Source: Candidatus Gottesmanbacteria bacterium (GTDB taxonomy: Bacteria > Patescibacteriota > Microgenomatia > UBA10105 > UBA927). From it: DNA of 64,000 nt. The translations under genes were made by a program, and so were the position numbers. Below the pieces are notes generated by a model. It saw only the letters and a list, made by a program, of their open reading frames with translations. It was not told the origin of the DNA and ran no database searches. Positions 10,732-20,995 of the stretch are shown piece after piece (positions within the stretch are counted from its first letter, which is position 1; each line of letters opens with the position of its first letter). The stretch lies in assembly GCA_963711735.1 (NCBI GenBank), contig CAVQFA010000003.1:284367-348366 (forward strand), given 5' to 3'.

Positions 10732-11493
10732 CTACAGAACAAAAATAATATAGAAAAGCGCAACGGCAATTCTGTACCACCCGAACGGTACAAATGAATG
10801 GTGTTTCACAAATGTGAGAAACGTCTGAACCGTGATATAAGCAGTGACAAACGCACCGATAAACCCGACAGCAAGAATTGCGTATTCCCCCGAGCTGAAT
10901 TGAGAAGATGACCGGGCAATGTCAAGAACGGTTGCGGCAAACATTGTCGGGATTGCAAGAATAAACGAAAATTCAACCGCCTCGGACTTGGAAAGTCCGA
11001 CATATAAACCGCCGACAATTGTCGCTGCGGCACGGGATACGCCCGGAATCATGGATATAGTCTGAAACAAGCCAATGACCAGGGCGTCCTTATACGTAAG
11101 TCCGGTCATATTTTTTTCATTATTATGAAATAGTCTGTCGACAAAAAGCAAAAAAATACCGCCCAGAAAAAGAAATACGACGACAACCCACGCATTTCCG
11201 ATGAGATATGTTTTAATGGCGGAGTAGAGTACGAGCCCGATTCCCATTGCGGGGAGAAATGCAACAAAAACTTTTTTCCAGAGGTTTACACCGAAAATAA
11301 CTTTTCGCCAGTATAAAAAAACTACTGAAAGTATGGCTCCGAACTGGATAATAATTTCAAAACTTTTGGCAAACTCCGTCTGCGGAATTTTGAGAATGTT
11401 GGATAGAAGTATCATGTGTCCGGTTGATGATACCGGTAGGAATTCCGTCACACCCTCAACAATTGACAAAATAATTGCATGTATGATTGTCAT
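10732..11493 (-). CDS. uppP: undecaprenyl-diphosphate phosphatase
   Basis: MTIIHAIILSIVEGVTEFLPVSSTGHMIL is the BacA/UppP signature. 253 aa, polytopic. Confidence 0.9.
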   Translation of the reverse strand: MTIIHAIILSIVEGVTEFLPVSSTGHMILLSNILKIPQTEFAKSFEIIIQFGAILSVVFLYWRKVIFGVNLWKKVFVAFLPAMGIGLVLYSAIKTYLIGNAWVVVVFLFLGGIFLLFVDRLFHNNEKNMTGLTYKDALVIGLFQTISMIPGVSRAAATIVGGLYVGLSKSEAVEFSFILAIPTMFAATVLDIARSSSQFSSGEYAILAVGFIGAFVTAYITVQTFLTFVKHHSFVPFGWYRIAVALFYIIFVL

Positions 11494-11496
11494 ATT

Positions 11497-12651
11497 TCAA
11501 CGATAGTACTTTTTCAGATACACGAATACCCCCAATATGAGCAATCCGGAAATGATGAATGGAATATCTTTATTAAGCAGATTAAACATGTAACCGCCGG
11601 CAATAGGACCCAAAATCCGTCCGAGGCTTCCGGCTGATGCAAGAAGTCCTAATGTTTTACCGTACTCTTCTTTAGGAACGTTTTCTGAGGAAAGAGACTG
11701 GATGACGGGATTTACCAGTCCGTTGCCTATGGGAATGAGAGTTTGTGAAATAACGAGTAAGTACGGGTGTATGGTAATAGCCAGGCTGAGAAGTCCGATT
11801 CCGAGAATTCCTGTAGCGTACACGAAAATCTTTTTTTCACCGATCTTTTTCAGAAGCCTCGGTAACAGTTGAAGTTGTACCGCAACCACCATAATACCGA
11901 TGTACGTAAAGACGAGTCCGGTTTGTGTCGGTCCGAAACCAAACGTATGCTCAGCCCACAATGCGAAATTACCCTGCATGAGAGAAAAAGCAAAGTTCAG
12001 CATAAAGAAAACGAACAGAAATAACCTGATGGGTGAACAGCAGAGAACTTCCTTAAACTCTGTCCATGTAAATTTCGTCTTCGGAGATTTTTGTGCAACT
12101 GTTACATTTACGGATTCCCTGAGAAACAGCACTGTCGTTATAATCGTAATGAGTGAGATGGATGCTGCAATGTATGCCGGAACAGCAAATCCCCATCGTG
12201 AGGATATTCCTCCTATTGCAGGACCGAAAATAAATCCGAGTCCGAATGCCGCCCCGATTAAACCCATGGCTCTCGCGCGGTTTTCCTTTGACGTGATATC
12301 GGAAATGTAAGCCTGGGCAATGGAAATATTTCCGCCGGTTGCTCCGTCTATAATTCTCGAGAGAAACAACAGCGGTATGGAATTAGCTACGCCCAATATC
12401 AAAAAACCCAAGAATGTTCCCAGTTGTGATATGATGAGTAATTTTTTCCGTCCGTAACGGTCTGAAAGCCTGCCCAAGATCGGTGCGGAAAGAAGTTGGA
12501 AAAATGAATACACTGCCGTTAATAACCCGATTACAAAAGGGTTGGCTCCGTATTTTTCACCGATAAACGGGAGCAGGGGAAGAATAAGCCCGAATCCTAA
12601 AAGATCGATAAATACTATGAGAAAAATCGTTATGAGATTTCTGTTATTCAT
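11497..12651 (-). CDS. MFS transporter
   Basis: 12-TM profile; GRLSDRYGRKK motif A in loop 2-3. Confidence 0.8.
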   Translation of the reverse strand: MNNRNLITIFLIVFIDLLGFGLILPLLPFIGEKYGANPFVIGLLTAVYSFFQLLSAPILGRLSDRYGRKKLLIISQLGTFLGFLILGVANSIPLLFLSRIIDGATGGNISIAQAYISDITSKENRARAMGLIGAAFGLGFIFGPAIGGISSRWGFAVPAYIAASISLITIITTVLFLRESVNVTVAQKSPKTKFTWTEFKEVLCCSPIRLFLFVFFMLNFAFSLMQGNFALWAEHTFGFGPTQTGLVFTYIGIMVVAVQLQLLPRLLKKIGEKKIFVYATGILGIGLLSLAITIHPYLLVISQTLIPIGNGLVNPVIQSLSSENVPKEEYGKTLGLLASAGSLGRILGPIAGGYMFNLLNKDIPFIISGLLILGVFVYLKKYYR

Positions 12652-12752
12652 ACTTTTCCGTTCATAAGAAAACCGGACAATAAATGTGTAATAACAAGTA
12701 TTTTATATCTCTGTGAATGGGATTTCCATGGTAAAACGAGTCTGCCGGAAGA

Positions 12753-13211
12753 CTATTTATGCAGCGTATCCGTGAGGGTGTGAGCCCACTTTTTAATCGA
12801 TTCGGTGTGTTTCTCCTGATTATAGAAAAATCCATCTATCCGAAGGGACGGAATTATGAGAGTACCGCCGGCGGATTTGATAAATCCCTCCAGAACATCG
12901 ACGCTTCCGCAAAAATGCGTGTACGATGAGTCTCCAAGACCCATGACGGCAAACTTTGTGCCGGTGAAAGATACCCCTTTTGCTTTATGTATAAATTCGA
13001 TAAAAAGCTCATGCGGTTGTCCTTCAAGTCCGTTTAGATCCCATGTTGGTGTGCAGAAAATGACAACGTCATAGGTTTTTATCTCATCGGGTTTCACATC
13101 TCCGGGTGACTTAACCCTAACAGTATGGTGTGAGGTAAGTTCCTGCGAGAGAATCTCACTTGCAGCCTGGGTACTTCCTGAATATGTAGCAAAAAGCTGA
13201 AGAATCCGCAT
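12753..13211 (-). CDS. flavodoxin (short-chain)
   Basis: YSGSTQAASE phosphate-binding loop (T/SxTGxT type) and FMN-binding aromatic positions; 152 aa. Confidence 0.7.
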   Translation of the reverse strand: MRILQLFATYSGSTQAASEILSQELTSHHTVRVKSPGDVKPDEIKTYDVVIFCTPTWDLNGLEGQPHELFIEFIHKAKGVSFTGTKFAVMGLGDSSYTHFCGSVDVLEGFIKSAGGTLIIPSLRIDGFFYNQEKHTESIKKWAHTLTDTLHK

Positions 13212-13220
13212 AGCCTGGAA

Positions 13221-13637
13221 TTATATTTTTATCCGGTACAGTTTCGTTCTGGATGCTCCGGTTTTTAATGTTGCCCGCACGATGAGCTCTGCATCTGCAA
13301 TATTGTAATGAGGTGTGCATACACCTTTACTGCATGTGCCAAAATACAGATCCCGTACTTCACTTGATGATGTCGGTATAAGCGTGCCTGTTGCTCCCTG
13401 AGCAATACCATTTGCATCATACGAGAGTTCATACGAGACGCTTTTTACCGACTGGAGGTTGAGAAACGTAACAATGACGGAATTTGTCGGTCGTGAAAGT
13501 TTTGCGCTTGAATAAGAAACAGCGCTTTTGCCGGATGCAGTTTTTCGGCGTACACGGAGTTTCGCAGCTATAACCGGACTGCCGGCAAGAGTAAGCACAA
13601 TAGCCGCTAAAACAATTACACTTAATCGTTTCATCAT
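13221..13637 (-). CDS. secreted hypothetical protein
   Basis: Signal peptide MMKRLSVIVLAAIVLTLAGSPVIA. Confidence 0.4.
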   Translation of the reverse strand: MMKRLSVIVLAAIVLTLAGSPVIAAKLRVRRKTASGKSAVSYSSAKLSRPTNSVIVTFLNLQSVKSVSYELSYDANGIAQGATGTLIPTSSSEVRDLYFGTCSKGVCTPHYNIADAELIVRATLKTGASRTKLYRIKI

Positions 13638-13715
13638 ATCTTAATGGGAATATTATATACCATTCCTCCCCAATTTTCGTTTTTTCAGTATAACAAACCA
13701 TACACATGATATACT

Positions 13716-14378
13716 ATGAGAGTAATTATTGCGGATGAGCATATGAATAAGAAAGTACTCATAGTTCTCGTGACACTCCTTGTCGTTGTGATTATCTCCG
13801 TACCGCTTGTCTATTTCGGCATACGTTCCCGCACGCAGAAATCCTCTGACGCATCACGCTTAGGGGGAGTGACACCGACACAAACGCCCGATAAGTTGAC
13901 GACGTGGGAAGACCCGGCCGGGTTTACGTTTCAGTACCCCGAAGGTATAGTTGTCAATAAACATGATGAAGATACGGAAAATTATGCACATGTAGAATTG
14001 ACCCAGAAAGATCATCCCGGAAATGTTATCGTGTGGGTGAAAGATACGACGGCACAGGATATTCTGTCCTGGGCACGAACGGACGCGCGTTTTGCCGGTG
14101 CACCTTCGATTGATACGACACTCGGCGGAGAAAACGCAAAAAAATTTCTGCTTACCACTCCCAAACCTATGGCTGTCACCGGTACCATATTTGAAGGTCT
14201 CTTGTTCTCCGTAGAAGCCGATTTGGCAGATAAACCATACTGGGATAAGGTGTTCACGACGGTTACCGGAACATTTACTCTTATACCATTCGAAGAAAAT
14301 TCAACAAGTAATTCTTCGGCATCCGACAACACCGGCGCAGATTCGGGAACAATTGATGAAGAAGAAACTATAGAATAG
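13716..14378 (+). CDS. membrane-anchored hypothetical protein
   Basis: N-terminal TM then a soluble domain with an acidic C-terminal tail. Confidence 0.4.
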   Translation: MRVIIADEHMNKKVLIVLVTLLVVVIISVPLVYFGIRSRTQKSSDASRLGGVTPTQTPDKLTTWEDPAGFTFQYPEGIVVNKHDEDTENYAHVELTQKDHPGNVIVWVKDTTAQDILSWARTDARFAGAPSIDTTLGGENAKKFLLTTPKPMAVTGTIFEGLLFSVEADLADKPYWDKVFTTVTGTFTLIPFEENSTSNSSASDNTGADSGTIDEEETIE

Positions 14379-14544
14379 ACGCGTCCGGTGGGCATAATGT
14401 AGAGAAACCGCTCAGCATGTGATATACTACCCCTGTCCAAGGAAAGAAGCAGAATTGTCCGTGAGAAGAGGGTTTATTCCCAAATATTTTTCTCTTCAGG
14501 CGTGATAGTGTTTCTTCTGGTCCTCTGGAGAGAAAGGAGCCCAT

Positions 14545-14811
14545 ATGGCAGCGAATTTGTTTGTCGGCAATCTGGCTTACACTACAGATGATGCCAAACT
14601 TGCTGAAGCATTTGCTCAGGCAGGAACAGTCGCGTCAGCCAAAGTCATCAAAGATAAATATTCAGGCCGTTCACGCGGTTTTGGATTTGTCGAGATGTCT
14701 TCTGACGAGGAAGCCAAAAAAGCGATAGAGCTTTTTAACGGTAAAGACCTCGATGGCAGACCACTGGTTGTTAACGAGGCACGTCCTCCGCAACAGACAG
14801 CACGCACGTAA
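14545..14811 (+). CDS. RRM-type RNA-binding protein
   Basis: RNP-2 LFVGNL and RNP-1 RGFGFVEM are present. RBS GAAAGGAG sits upstream. Confidence 0.85.
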   Translation: MAANLFVGNLAYTTDDAKLAEAFAQAGTVASAKVIKDKYSGRSRGFGFVEMSSDEEAKKAIELFNGKDLDGRPLVVNEARPPQQTART

Positions 14812-14835
14812 AATAAAAAAATATTTTTATACAAG

Positions 14836-14866
14836 TCAAAGCCCTAAGGTTTCTTAGGGCTTTGCT
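14836..14866 (+). terminator. hairpin terminator after the RRM gene
   Basis: CAAAGCCCTAAG-GTTT-CTTAGGGCTTTG forms a perfect 12-bp stem. Confidence 0.5.
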
Positions 14867-15362
14867 GTATAATATGGCACATATGTCCGATGGGTTTCAC
14901 AGTCCAACATGGGGAGATATCACGTTGCCTTCTGTGCGGACGCATATTCTCGGGTTTATAAAAGAAGATATCCAGCGTGTTTACCGGTTAGTCATTGGTA
15001 CGGATTCACAAACGAAAAACGGAGACGGGGTGGATTTCGTAACGGCAATTGTTATCCATAGGGTAGGTGCGGGAGGTATCTATTTCTGGAAACGGACGTG
15101 TCTCGTGAAGCGTTTGGTTCTCCGGGAACGGATGTATGAAGAGGCTGCAAGATCCCTAGAGACAGCTGATAATGTTCTTGCACTTCTCAAAAGCGATGGT
15201 TTCACCCGGTATGACGTCGAAATTCATGTGGATATAGGTTCATTTGGGCCAACTCGGGACATGATTTCAGAAATTGTCGGTATGATACGCGGCGTAGGGT
15301 ATGCGGTGAAGATCAAACCTGAGAGCTTCGCAGCAAGCAAAGTGGCGGATAAATATACATAA
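14862..15362 (+). CDS. DUF458 / YkuK-like RNase H-fold protein
   Basis: Conserved core VIGTDSQ...; the true start is possibly the ATG at 14874 or 14883. Confidence 0.45.
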   Translation: MLYNMAHMSDGFHSPTWGDITLPSVRTHILGFIKEDIQRVYRLVIGTDSQTKNGDGVDFVTAIVIHRVGAGGIYFWKRTCLVKRLVLRERMYEEAARSLETADNVLALLKSDGFTRYDVEIHVDIGSFGPTRDMISEIVGMIRGVGYAVKIKPESFAASKVADKYT

Positions 15363-15400
15363 TGGTACAATAGCGCGTAAGAGAAAGGAGAAACGCATTT

Positions 15401-15922
15401 ATGGCAAATAAAGCAATTATCGCGTTTGCAGTTATTATTCTCGGTGTCTTTGCCGGGTGGTATCTTTTCGGAGGAAAAGGGGGAATTCCGACATTTCCGG
15501 ATAGTAAAAGATTAACCCTGACTCCCAAGGCAACGCCGACAGCAGAACCGACAGGCACATACCAGTTTACAGAGGAAAATGCTAAAGCGACACCGGAACC
15601 TAATGTTACAAGTGTGACAAAAGGCGGGATCGAAGAAACGAAGTCTGCCGTATCACGCATAACCTTTACGGATACCGGTTTTACACCGAGCGTCCTGACG
15701 GTCAAAGTCGGAACCGCAGTGACATTTGTAAACCAGTCAAAGGTATCCATGTATGTGATATCTGCCATACACCCCACACACCAGGTTTTGTCCGGACTCA
15801 ATGAAGGGAAAAGTGTGGTAAACGGCGGCACATATACCTACACATTCAGCAAGGTAGGCACATGGAAGTATCACAATGAAAATAAGCCGGATCAAACCGG
15901 TGCTGTAATTGTGACGCAATAA
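15401..15922 (+). CDS. membrane-anchored cupredoxin-like domain protein (no obvious Cu ligands)
   Basis: TM anchor, PT-rich linker and a beta-sandwich-like domain TGFTPSVLTVKVGTAVTFVNQS. The domain lacks Cys. Confidence 0.35.
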   Translation: MANKAIIAFAVIILGVFAGWYLFGGKGGIPTFPDSKRLTLTPKATPTAEPTGTYQFTEENAKATPEPNVTSVTKGGIEETKSAVSRITFTDTGFTPSVLTVKVGTAVTFVNQSKVSMYVISAIHPTHQVLSGLNEGKSVVNGGTYTYTFSKVGTWKYHNENKPDQTGAVIVTQ

Positions 15923-15936
15923 TATACAATGTTTTC

Positions 15937-17448
15937 ATGAGGTATCGAATCGGTTGGATATCAATTATCTGTGCCATCCTATCCGTCTTACTCATCGGCA
16001 TTATCCAATTTTCCCAACCCGTTATTATCGGAGCTGACGGATATCTCCACGGGAGAATGGCACTCATGCTCAGTGAGCAGGGATTTCTCAAAAGACTCCC
16101 GCAGGCCCAGTATTCCTGGTTTAATACCGACCGTTTCAGCGACAAAGATTTTCTGTATCACGTTTACCTCTATCCGTTTGTCCGTACATTCGGGTATATG
16201 ACCGGAACGAAAACCGGAGCATTTGCGGCAACCGCGATTCTTTACATTTCCGTTATCTATATCCTTTCCGTGTATACGGGCACCAAAATTCTTCCGTTTA
16301 TGACTGCAGGACTTTTTTTATCCGCTCAGTTTATACGGGATACGGCAGAAGCACGTCCGCTTGTTTTTGCACTAACTCTGACTGTGTGGGGTATACACTC
16401 AATTCTCAAAAAAAAGCCATGGGCCGTATTATTTGTGAGTTTGCTTTACGGTATGGTTCATCTCTCCGCATTTGTGTTACCTGTTTTTGCGTTCCTTTGG
16501 CTTTTAGTTTCGTGGGTGCAGGGTAAAGGAGGTACCCGGAAAATCTTTGTTGCATCCGTGTCGGGATATATCATAAGCTTTCTTCTCCACCCGAATTTTC
16601 CGAACAATATTTTTTTTGCCTACCTAAACGGGCTCCTCGTTCCCATCATGATACTTCGCGGATCAATCCTTGAGCTCGGTGCGGAATTTTTCCCGCTTAC
16701 GACCCGTGATACGTTTATCCGTTTCCCTTTTCTGGTTGCGGGTTTCGGGATTATGATTCTTTCATTTCTCGTGAGTCGGTCAAAAATTCGGTATGAATCC
16801 CGTATATGGGTTGTTGCTGTTTTATTTTTCGGTGTCATGGGACTTTTTTCCGTGCGGAACATAACGCACATGTATCCGATTGCACTTATTGCTTTCGGAT
16901 CACTCCTTCATGATACGGAGGGTATGCTTAAAGAAGTAAGCGATACACTCCGGAGGAGAGTTTATATCCTGTCGGCGTTGTTATTCGGAGGTATTGCCGT
17001 GTTTGCCCTTACCATGACGATACCGACCCTCCGAAACATGATGCGCTCCGACTTGATATACGACGCGCATTTCATACGTATTGCCAAAGTTATAGAAGCA
17101 CAGGTTCCCAAAGGTTCTGTTGTTTTTCATACCAACTGGTCTGACAGCCAGTACCTCATCGGACTTGCGCCGGAATACAGATACATAGAGACACTGGATC
17201 CTATTTATATGTATACGTACAATACAAAACTCTACACCCTCTACAGGAGTGTAAGTTTCGGTAATGTTGATAATGTGTATGGCGCACTGACAAAGGGATT
17301 TCATTCGTATTACGGGTACGCCGGAAAAAATTACTTCCGCGGGTTTATCGACAAAATCCGCAAAGACAGCAGATTTTCCATAATAGCGGAGGATGAATTG
17401 GGACTTCTGTATGGGATTTCCCAGAAATCTTCAGAAAATAAGAAGTAG
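15937..17448 (+). CDS. polytopic integral membrane protein (503 aa), possible GT-C-like glycosyltransferase
   Basis: More than 10 predicted TM helices with a large C-terminal soluble domain. I recognise no family. Confidence 0.45.
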   Translation: MRYRIGWISIICAILSVLLIGIIQFSQPVIIGADGYLHGRMALMLSEQGFLKRLPQAQYSWFNTDRFSDKDFLYHVYLYPFVRTFGYMTGTKTGAFAATAILYISVIYILSVYTGTKILPFMTAGLFLSAQFIRDTAEARPLVFALTLTVWGIHSILKKKPWAVLFVSLLYGMVHLSAFVLPVFAFLWLLVSWVQGKGGTRKIFVASVSGYIISFLLHPNFPNNIFFAYLNGLLVPIMILRGSILELGAEFFPLTTRDTFIRFPFLVAGFGIMILSFLVSRSKIRYESRIWVVAVLFFGVMGLFSVRNITHMYPIALIAFGSLLHDTEGMLKEVSDTLRRRVYILSALLFGGIAVFALTMTIPTLRNMMRSDLIYDAHFIRIAKVIEAQVPKGSVVFHTNWSDSQYLIGLAPEYRYIETLDPIYMYTYNTKLYTLYRSVSFGNVDNVYGALTKGFHSYYGYAGKNYFRGFIDKIRKDSRFSIIAEDELGLLYGISQKSSENKK

Positions 17449-17515
17449 AACATTTATTCAGAAATGTTAATGATTCCCGAGGTGCAAACCTGCCTGCCGG
17501 CAAGGCAGGGCTAAA

Positions 17516-18247
17516 TCACTCCAGGAGTGGAGAATACATAAATTTGAATGTGGAGAGGATTTGGTCTGTGCGTTCTTTATTTACTAGTGTTGGTTCTGAA
17601 GTAAATAATGATATTTTTGTATTTCCTTTAAGGATATACGTAACATATCGGTTTCTTTCTCCCTTTATCTGTCCTTTAATTGCTTTATACCCATCTATGG
17701 TAGTATCTTCAATAGAATTAACAAGTAAGTCGCTTTTTAATTGCTGAAACTCAGACTCAGTTATTATAGACGTCTTTTGCCAAATAATATAAAGCTGATA
17801 AGCATTTTTCGATGGAACAGAATTATTGAACGAATAATTCTGAATATAGGCAGTAAAATCGTTGCCTGGATTTGACACTTCAGAGTGGACGGATAATTCA
17901 GGAGGAACTTTAAAATTTAACTGTAAAGGTGAAAATGTATATGATTGCCAATCTGCTGTGAGGTTTGGAACAGAAGCAGGGCATGGTGCAAATTCACAAT
18001 TAGGACCGGTTCTCCCAACAGAAGACCCGTCAGGACAGAGCTTTGCTTCCATAGTACAAGCCGTTGGGGCAGGGAATGATAATGGTTTGGTAGCCAAATA
18101 ATATCCACCTATACCACCAATACCGAAAAGTAATACCCCTAAGAGCACAATAACTAAAGGATGTATGGATTTTTTTGTTTGCATTGGAATTACAGGGGGA
18201 GAAGGTTCCTGAGGAATGGGTTGAACCGGTTGTGGATTATCAGTCAT
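17516..18247 (-). CDS. membrane-anchored extracellular hypothetical protein
   Basis: N-terminal Pro-rich region, one TM, then a Cys-rich segment (C...C...C..C). Confidence 0.4.
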   Translation of the reverse strand: MTDNPQPVQPIPQEPSPPVIPMQTKKSIHPLVIVLLGVLLFGIGGIGGYYLATKPLSFPAPTACTMEAKLCPDGSSVGRTGPNCEFAPCPASVPNLTADWQSYTFSPLQLNFKVPPELSVHSEVSNPGNDFTAYIQNYSFNNSVPSKNAYQLYIIWQKTSIITESEFQQLKSDLLVNSIEDTTIDGYKAIKGQIKGERNRYVTYILKGNTKISLFTSEPTLVNKERTDQILSTFKFMYSPLLE

Positions 18248-18350
18248 ATATTCAATATACCATAGACATAGAATCGATTGATGATAATATGTTCAAACAT
18301 CGTATACCCGACAGAGTAAATAGGTTGAAGCTTCGATCATTAAAAGTTGA

Positions 18351-20927
18351 TTATGGTGTTAGTGTCGGTGACAGGGCGGGGGTGGGGATGGGGGCACAGC
18401 GTCCACCGAGAGGTTCGGTGCCTTTAACAAAGTATTCTACCCTTCCATAATAACAGGGGAGTGAAATTACATTTTCCGGTTTTGGTGCGACTTCATCAGG
18501 TTTGTTCTTCAGAAGTGCAGTCATAATATCGTGCCATATGGGAGATGCTCCCGTGATGCCGGAGGTAAGAACCGGATCCATCGGAGAGTTATTATTATTT
18601 CCGACCCATACCGTTGTCACATACGACGGAGTGTACCCGATAGTCCAGTTGTCGCGTTTTTCGTTTGTCGTTCCGGTTTTAACGGAAACTGTTTTGCCGG
18701 GTATGACTAAGCTAGAATTGGGTCCGAAAGCAGAGGAGCGCGCCTGGTTGTCAGCAAGGATGTTTCCCATGATCCATGCAACTTCCGGAGTTGTGGCTGG
18801 TATCCCGGTATCGGGCGCATTTTTTTCTACAATATGTCCTGCATAGTCAGTGATCTCAAGAATAGGAAGGAGATCTACATGCCTGCCGGTGTTAGCGAGT
18901 GTTCCGTACGCCTCAGCCATTTCAAGCATCGTGACATCACCACCGCCGAGTGTGAGTGAGAGCCCGTACCGTGATGTGTCCTGCCACGAGTCGATACCCA
19001 TGAGCTGTGCCTTCTGCATCATCGTGGGGAGTCCGATTTTCGCAAGTACCTTCACTGCCGGTACATTGTAGGAGTTAGCAAGTGCCATCCGAAGAGGAGT
19101 AAGTCCATGGAACTTGCCGTCGTAATTAACTGGTGCGTATGAGGGGCTCCCGTATACACGATAGATAACGGGTGAATCATCGATAATCGATGCTGCGGTA
19201 TACCCGTTTTCGAGAGCCGCAGTATAGGTTATAATTTTTATGGATGATCCGGGTTGCCTGAGGGAAGTAGTGACATTGACATTCCCATCGCTTGCCGTAT
19301 CAAAATAATTTTTGCTTCCGACCATTGCGAGTATTTCACCGGTTTTCGGATTTGTGACAAGCGCCGCACCGTTGCCGACCCGAAGAGGGGCAAGTGCAGT
19401 AATCTGGTTTTCCACTATATTTTGTGCCGTTTCCTGTACGGATATATCCAGAGATGTTATAACACGAAGCCCTCCGCGCTCTACGAGACGTGTTCCGTAC
19501 CGTTTCTCCAGTATATTTTTTATGTACATGACAAAGTGCGGTGCGCGCATCTGAACTGCGGGGGATGCATACACGAGCGGTTCGTTTGCAGCTTCATCTG
19601 CCTGTTGTTTGGTTATGTATCCGTCCTCTGACATCCGGCGTAATACTTCGCGCTGTCGCATAACGGCTTTTTCGGGATGAGCACCAAAGGGGGAATATTC
19701 TGTGGGTGCCGCAGGGAGACCGGTGAGAAGCGCTGCCTCTGCAAGAGTCAAATCCTTCACGGATTTATTGAAGTATGTCCGGCTTGCTGATTCGATACCC
19801 CACGCGGTTCCTCCGTACGGAACCTGATTGAGATACATTTCCAATATTTGATTTTTCGTATACATCTGTTCAGCCCAGAATGAAAGAAGAATTTCCTTAA
19901 ATTTCCGTACAATTGTTACCTCCGGAGTCAGAAGAACGGATTTGATAAGCTGCTGGGAAATTGTCGATCCGCCCTGCAGACGATGATTCACGAACGTTTC
20001 TATGAAAGCACGCGTTATCGCACGTATTGAAAATCCCTGATGCTGGTAAAATTCACGGTCCTCAATGGCGATGGTTGCCTCGCGGACCATGGGAGGAATC
20101 TGGGCAAGAGTGAGCGGCGTCCTGTTTTGGTCAGCGTATATTTCGTACAAAAGTATTCCGTTCCGGTCAAATATTTTTGTCGTTACCTCGAGATCCCTGT
20201 GTGTAAGGAGATTTGGATTGGGAAGGGATACAAGCCACTGATAGCTTACAAACGGAATAACTATAAAAACCAGGGTGACGAAAATGCCACTCAGAAACCA
20301 CCTGATGCTGTTGATAATAAGTGATGGTTCGTATTTTCTCTGCCTGGGGGTTTTGGGTGTTATAGTTTTCGTGCGTTTCAGATTTTTTATAAATGACAGG
20401 AAGGGAATATGTAATTTTTTCGGCGGATATATTTCACCCTTCAGGGATATGTTTTTTTTCTTACTTACGTACGTTGTCTGCGTCTTCAAAAAAGATGAGG
20501 AAGGTTCTTTATGTTCGGGAAATCCGATGGAAGCAGCTTTATTTGCAAGTGACGAGAACCACGCCGTGAAGCTCCGGACAATGGTATTTTGAGCAGAATA
20601 GGCTGTACTTTTTGTTGCTGCCCGCAACCGGTCTGATGACCGTTTGGATATGTAATAAAATGCACCTGTCCGTTCACGGATTCTGATTCCGGCAAGCGCG
20701 TAATAGTACTTTAAAAATGCGACAAGCAAAAGAAACTGTTTCCGAACATAGGTGTAGAGGAAAGTATCGACTGAATTTATTATATTATAGGTTATTTTAA
20801 ATGCGAAAAGTAGGAATTTAAAAAATGATCGGACCAGATCTCCGATTTTTTTTAATAATAAGAAAATACCCGTGATTAATTGAAGAACGATATCCATATG
20901 CGCAATACAAAAAAACAGGAAGTCCAC
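18351..20927 (-). CDS. class A penicillin-binding protein (transglycosylase + transpeptidase) with ~200 aa N-terminal extension
   Basis: GT51 motifs IEDREFYQHQG and RQPGSSIK (SxxK) are present; the remainder of the transpeptidase (TP) domain follows. Confidence 0.85.
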   Translation of the reverse strand: MDFLFFCIAHMDIVLQLITGIFLLLKKIGDLVRSFFKFLLFAFKITYNIINSVDTFLYTYVRKQFLLLVAFLKYYYALAGIRIRERTGAFYYISKRSSDRLRAATKSTAYSAQNTIVRSFTAWFSSLANKAASIGFPEHKEPSSSFLKTQTTYVSKKKNISLKGEIYPPKKLHIPFLSFIKNLKRTKTITPKTPRQRKYEPSLIINSIRWFLSGIFVTLVFIVIPFVSYQWLVSLPNPNLLTHRDLEVTTKIFDRNGILLYEIYADQNRTPLTLAQIPPMVREATIAIEDREFYQHQGFSIRAITRAFIETFVNHRLQGGSTISQQLIKSVLLTPEVTIVRKFKEILLSFWAEQMYTKNQILEMYLNQVPYGGTAWGIESASRTYFNKSVKDLTLAEAALLTGLPAAPTEYSPFGAHPEKAVMRQREVLRRMSEDGYITKQQADEAANEPLVYASPAVQMRAPHFVMYIKNILEKRYGTRLVERGGLRVITSLDISVQETAQNIVENQITALAPLRVGNGAALVTNPKTGEILAMVGSKNYFDTASDGNVNVTTSLRQPGSSIKIITYTAALENGYTAASIIDDSPVIYRVYGSPSYAPVNYDGKFHGLTPLRMALANSYNVPAVKVLAKIGLPTMMQKAQLMGIDSWQDTSRYGLSLTLGGGDVTMLEMAEAYGTLANTGRHVDLLPILEITDYAGHIVEKNAPDTGIPATTPEVAWIMGNILADNQARSSAFGPNSSLVIPGKTVSVKTGTTNEKRDNWTIGYTPSYVTTVWVGNNNNSPMDPVLTSGITGASPIWHDIMTALLKNKPDEVAPKPENVISLPCYYGRVEYFVKGTEPLGGRCAPIPTPALSPTLTP

Positions 20928-20995
20928 TGAACAGCCTGTGAACTAGTGTTATATCATATTCTATGGGACTATTCAAGAAGAATAATTTCGGAAAA

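Noticed and set aside
15313-15831. 172-aa minus-strand ORF overlapping the cupredoxin-like gene
   Set aside because: The plus-strand ORF has an RBS, signal/TM and a coherent beta-sandwich domain. The minus ORF has none of these, so only one can be real and the plus one is favoured.
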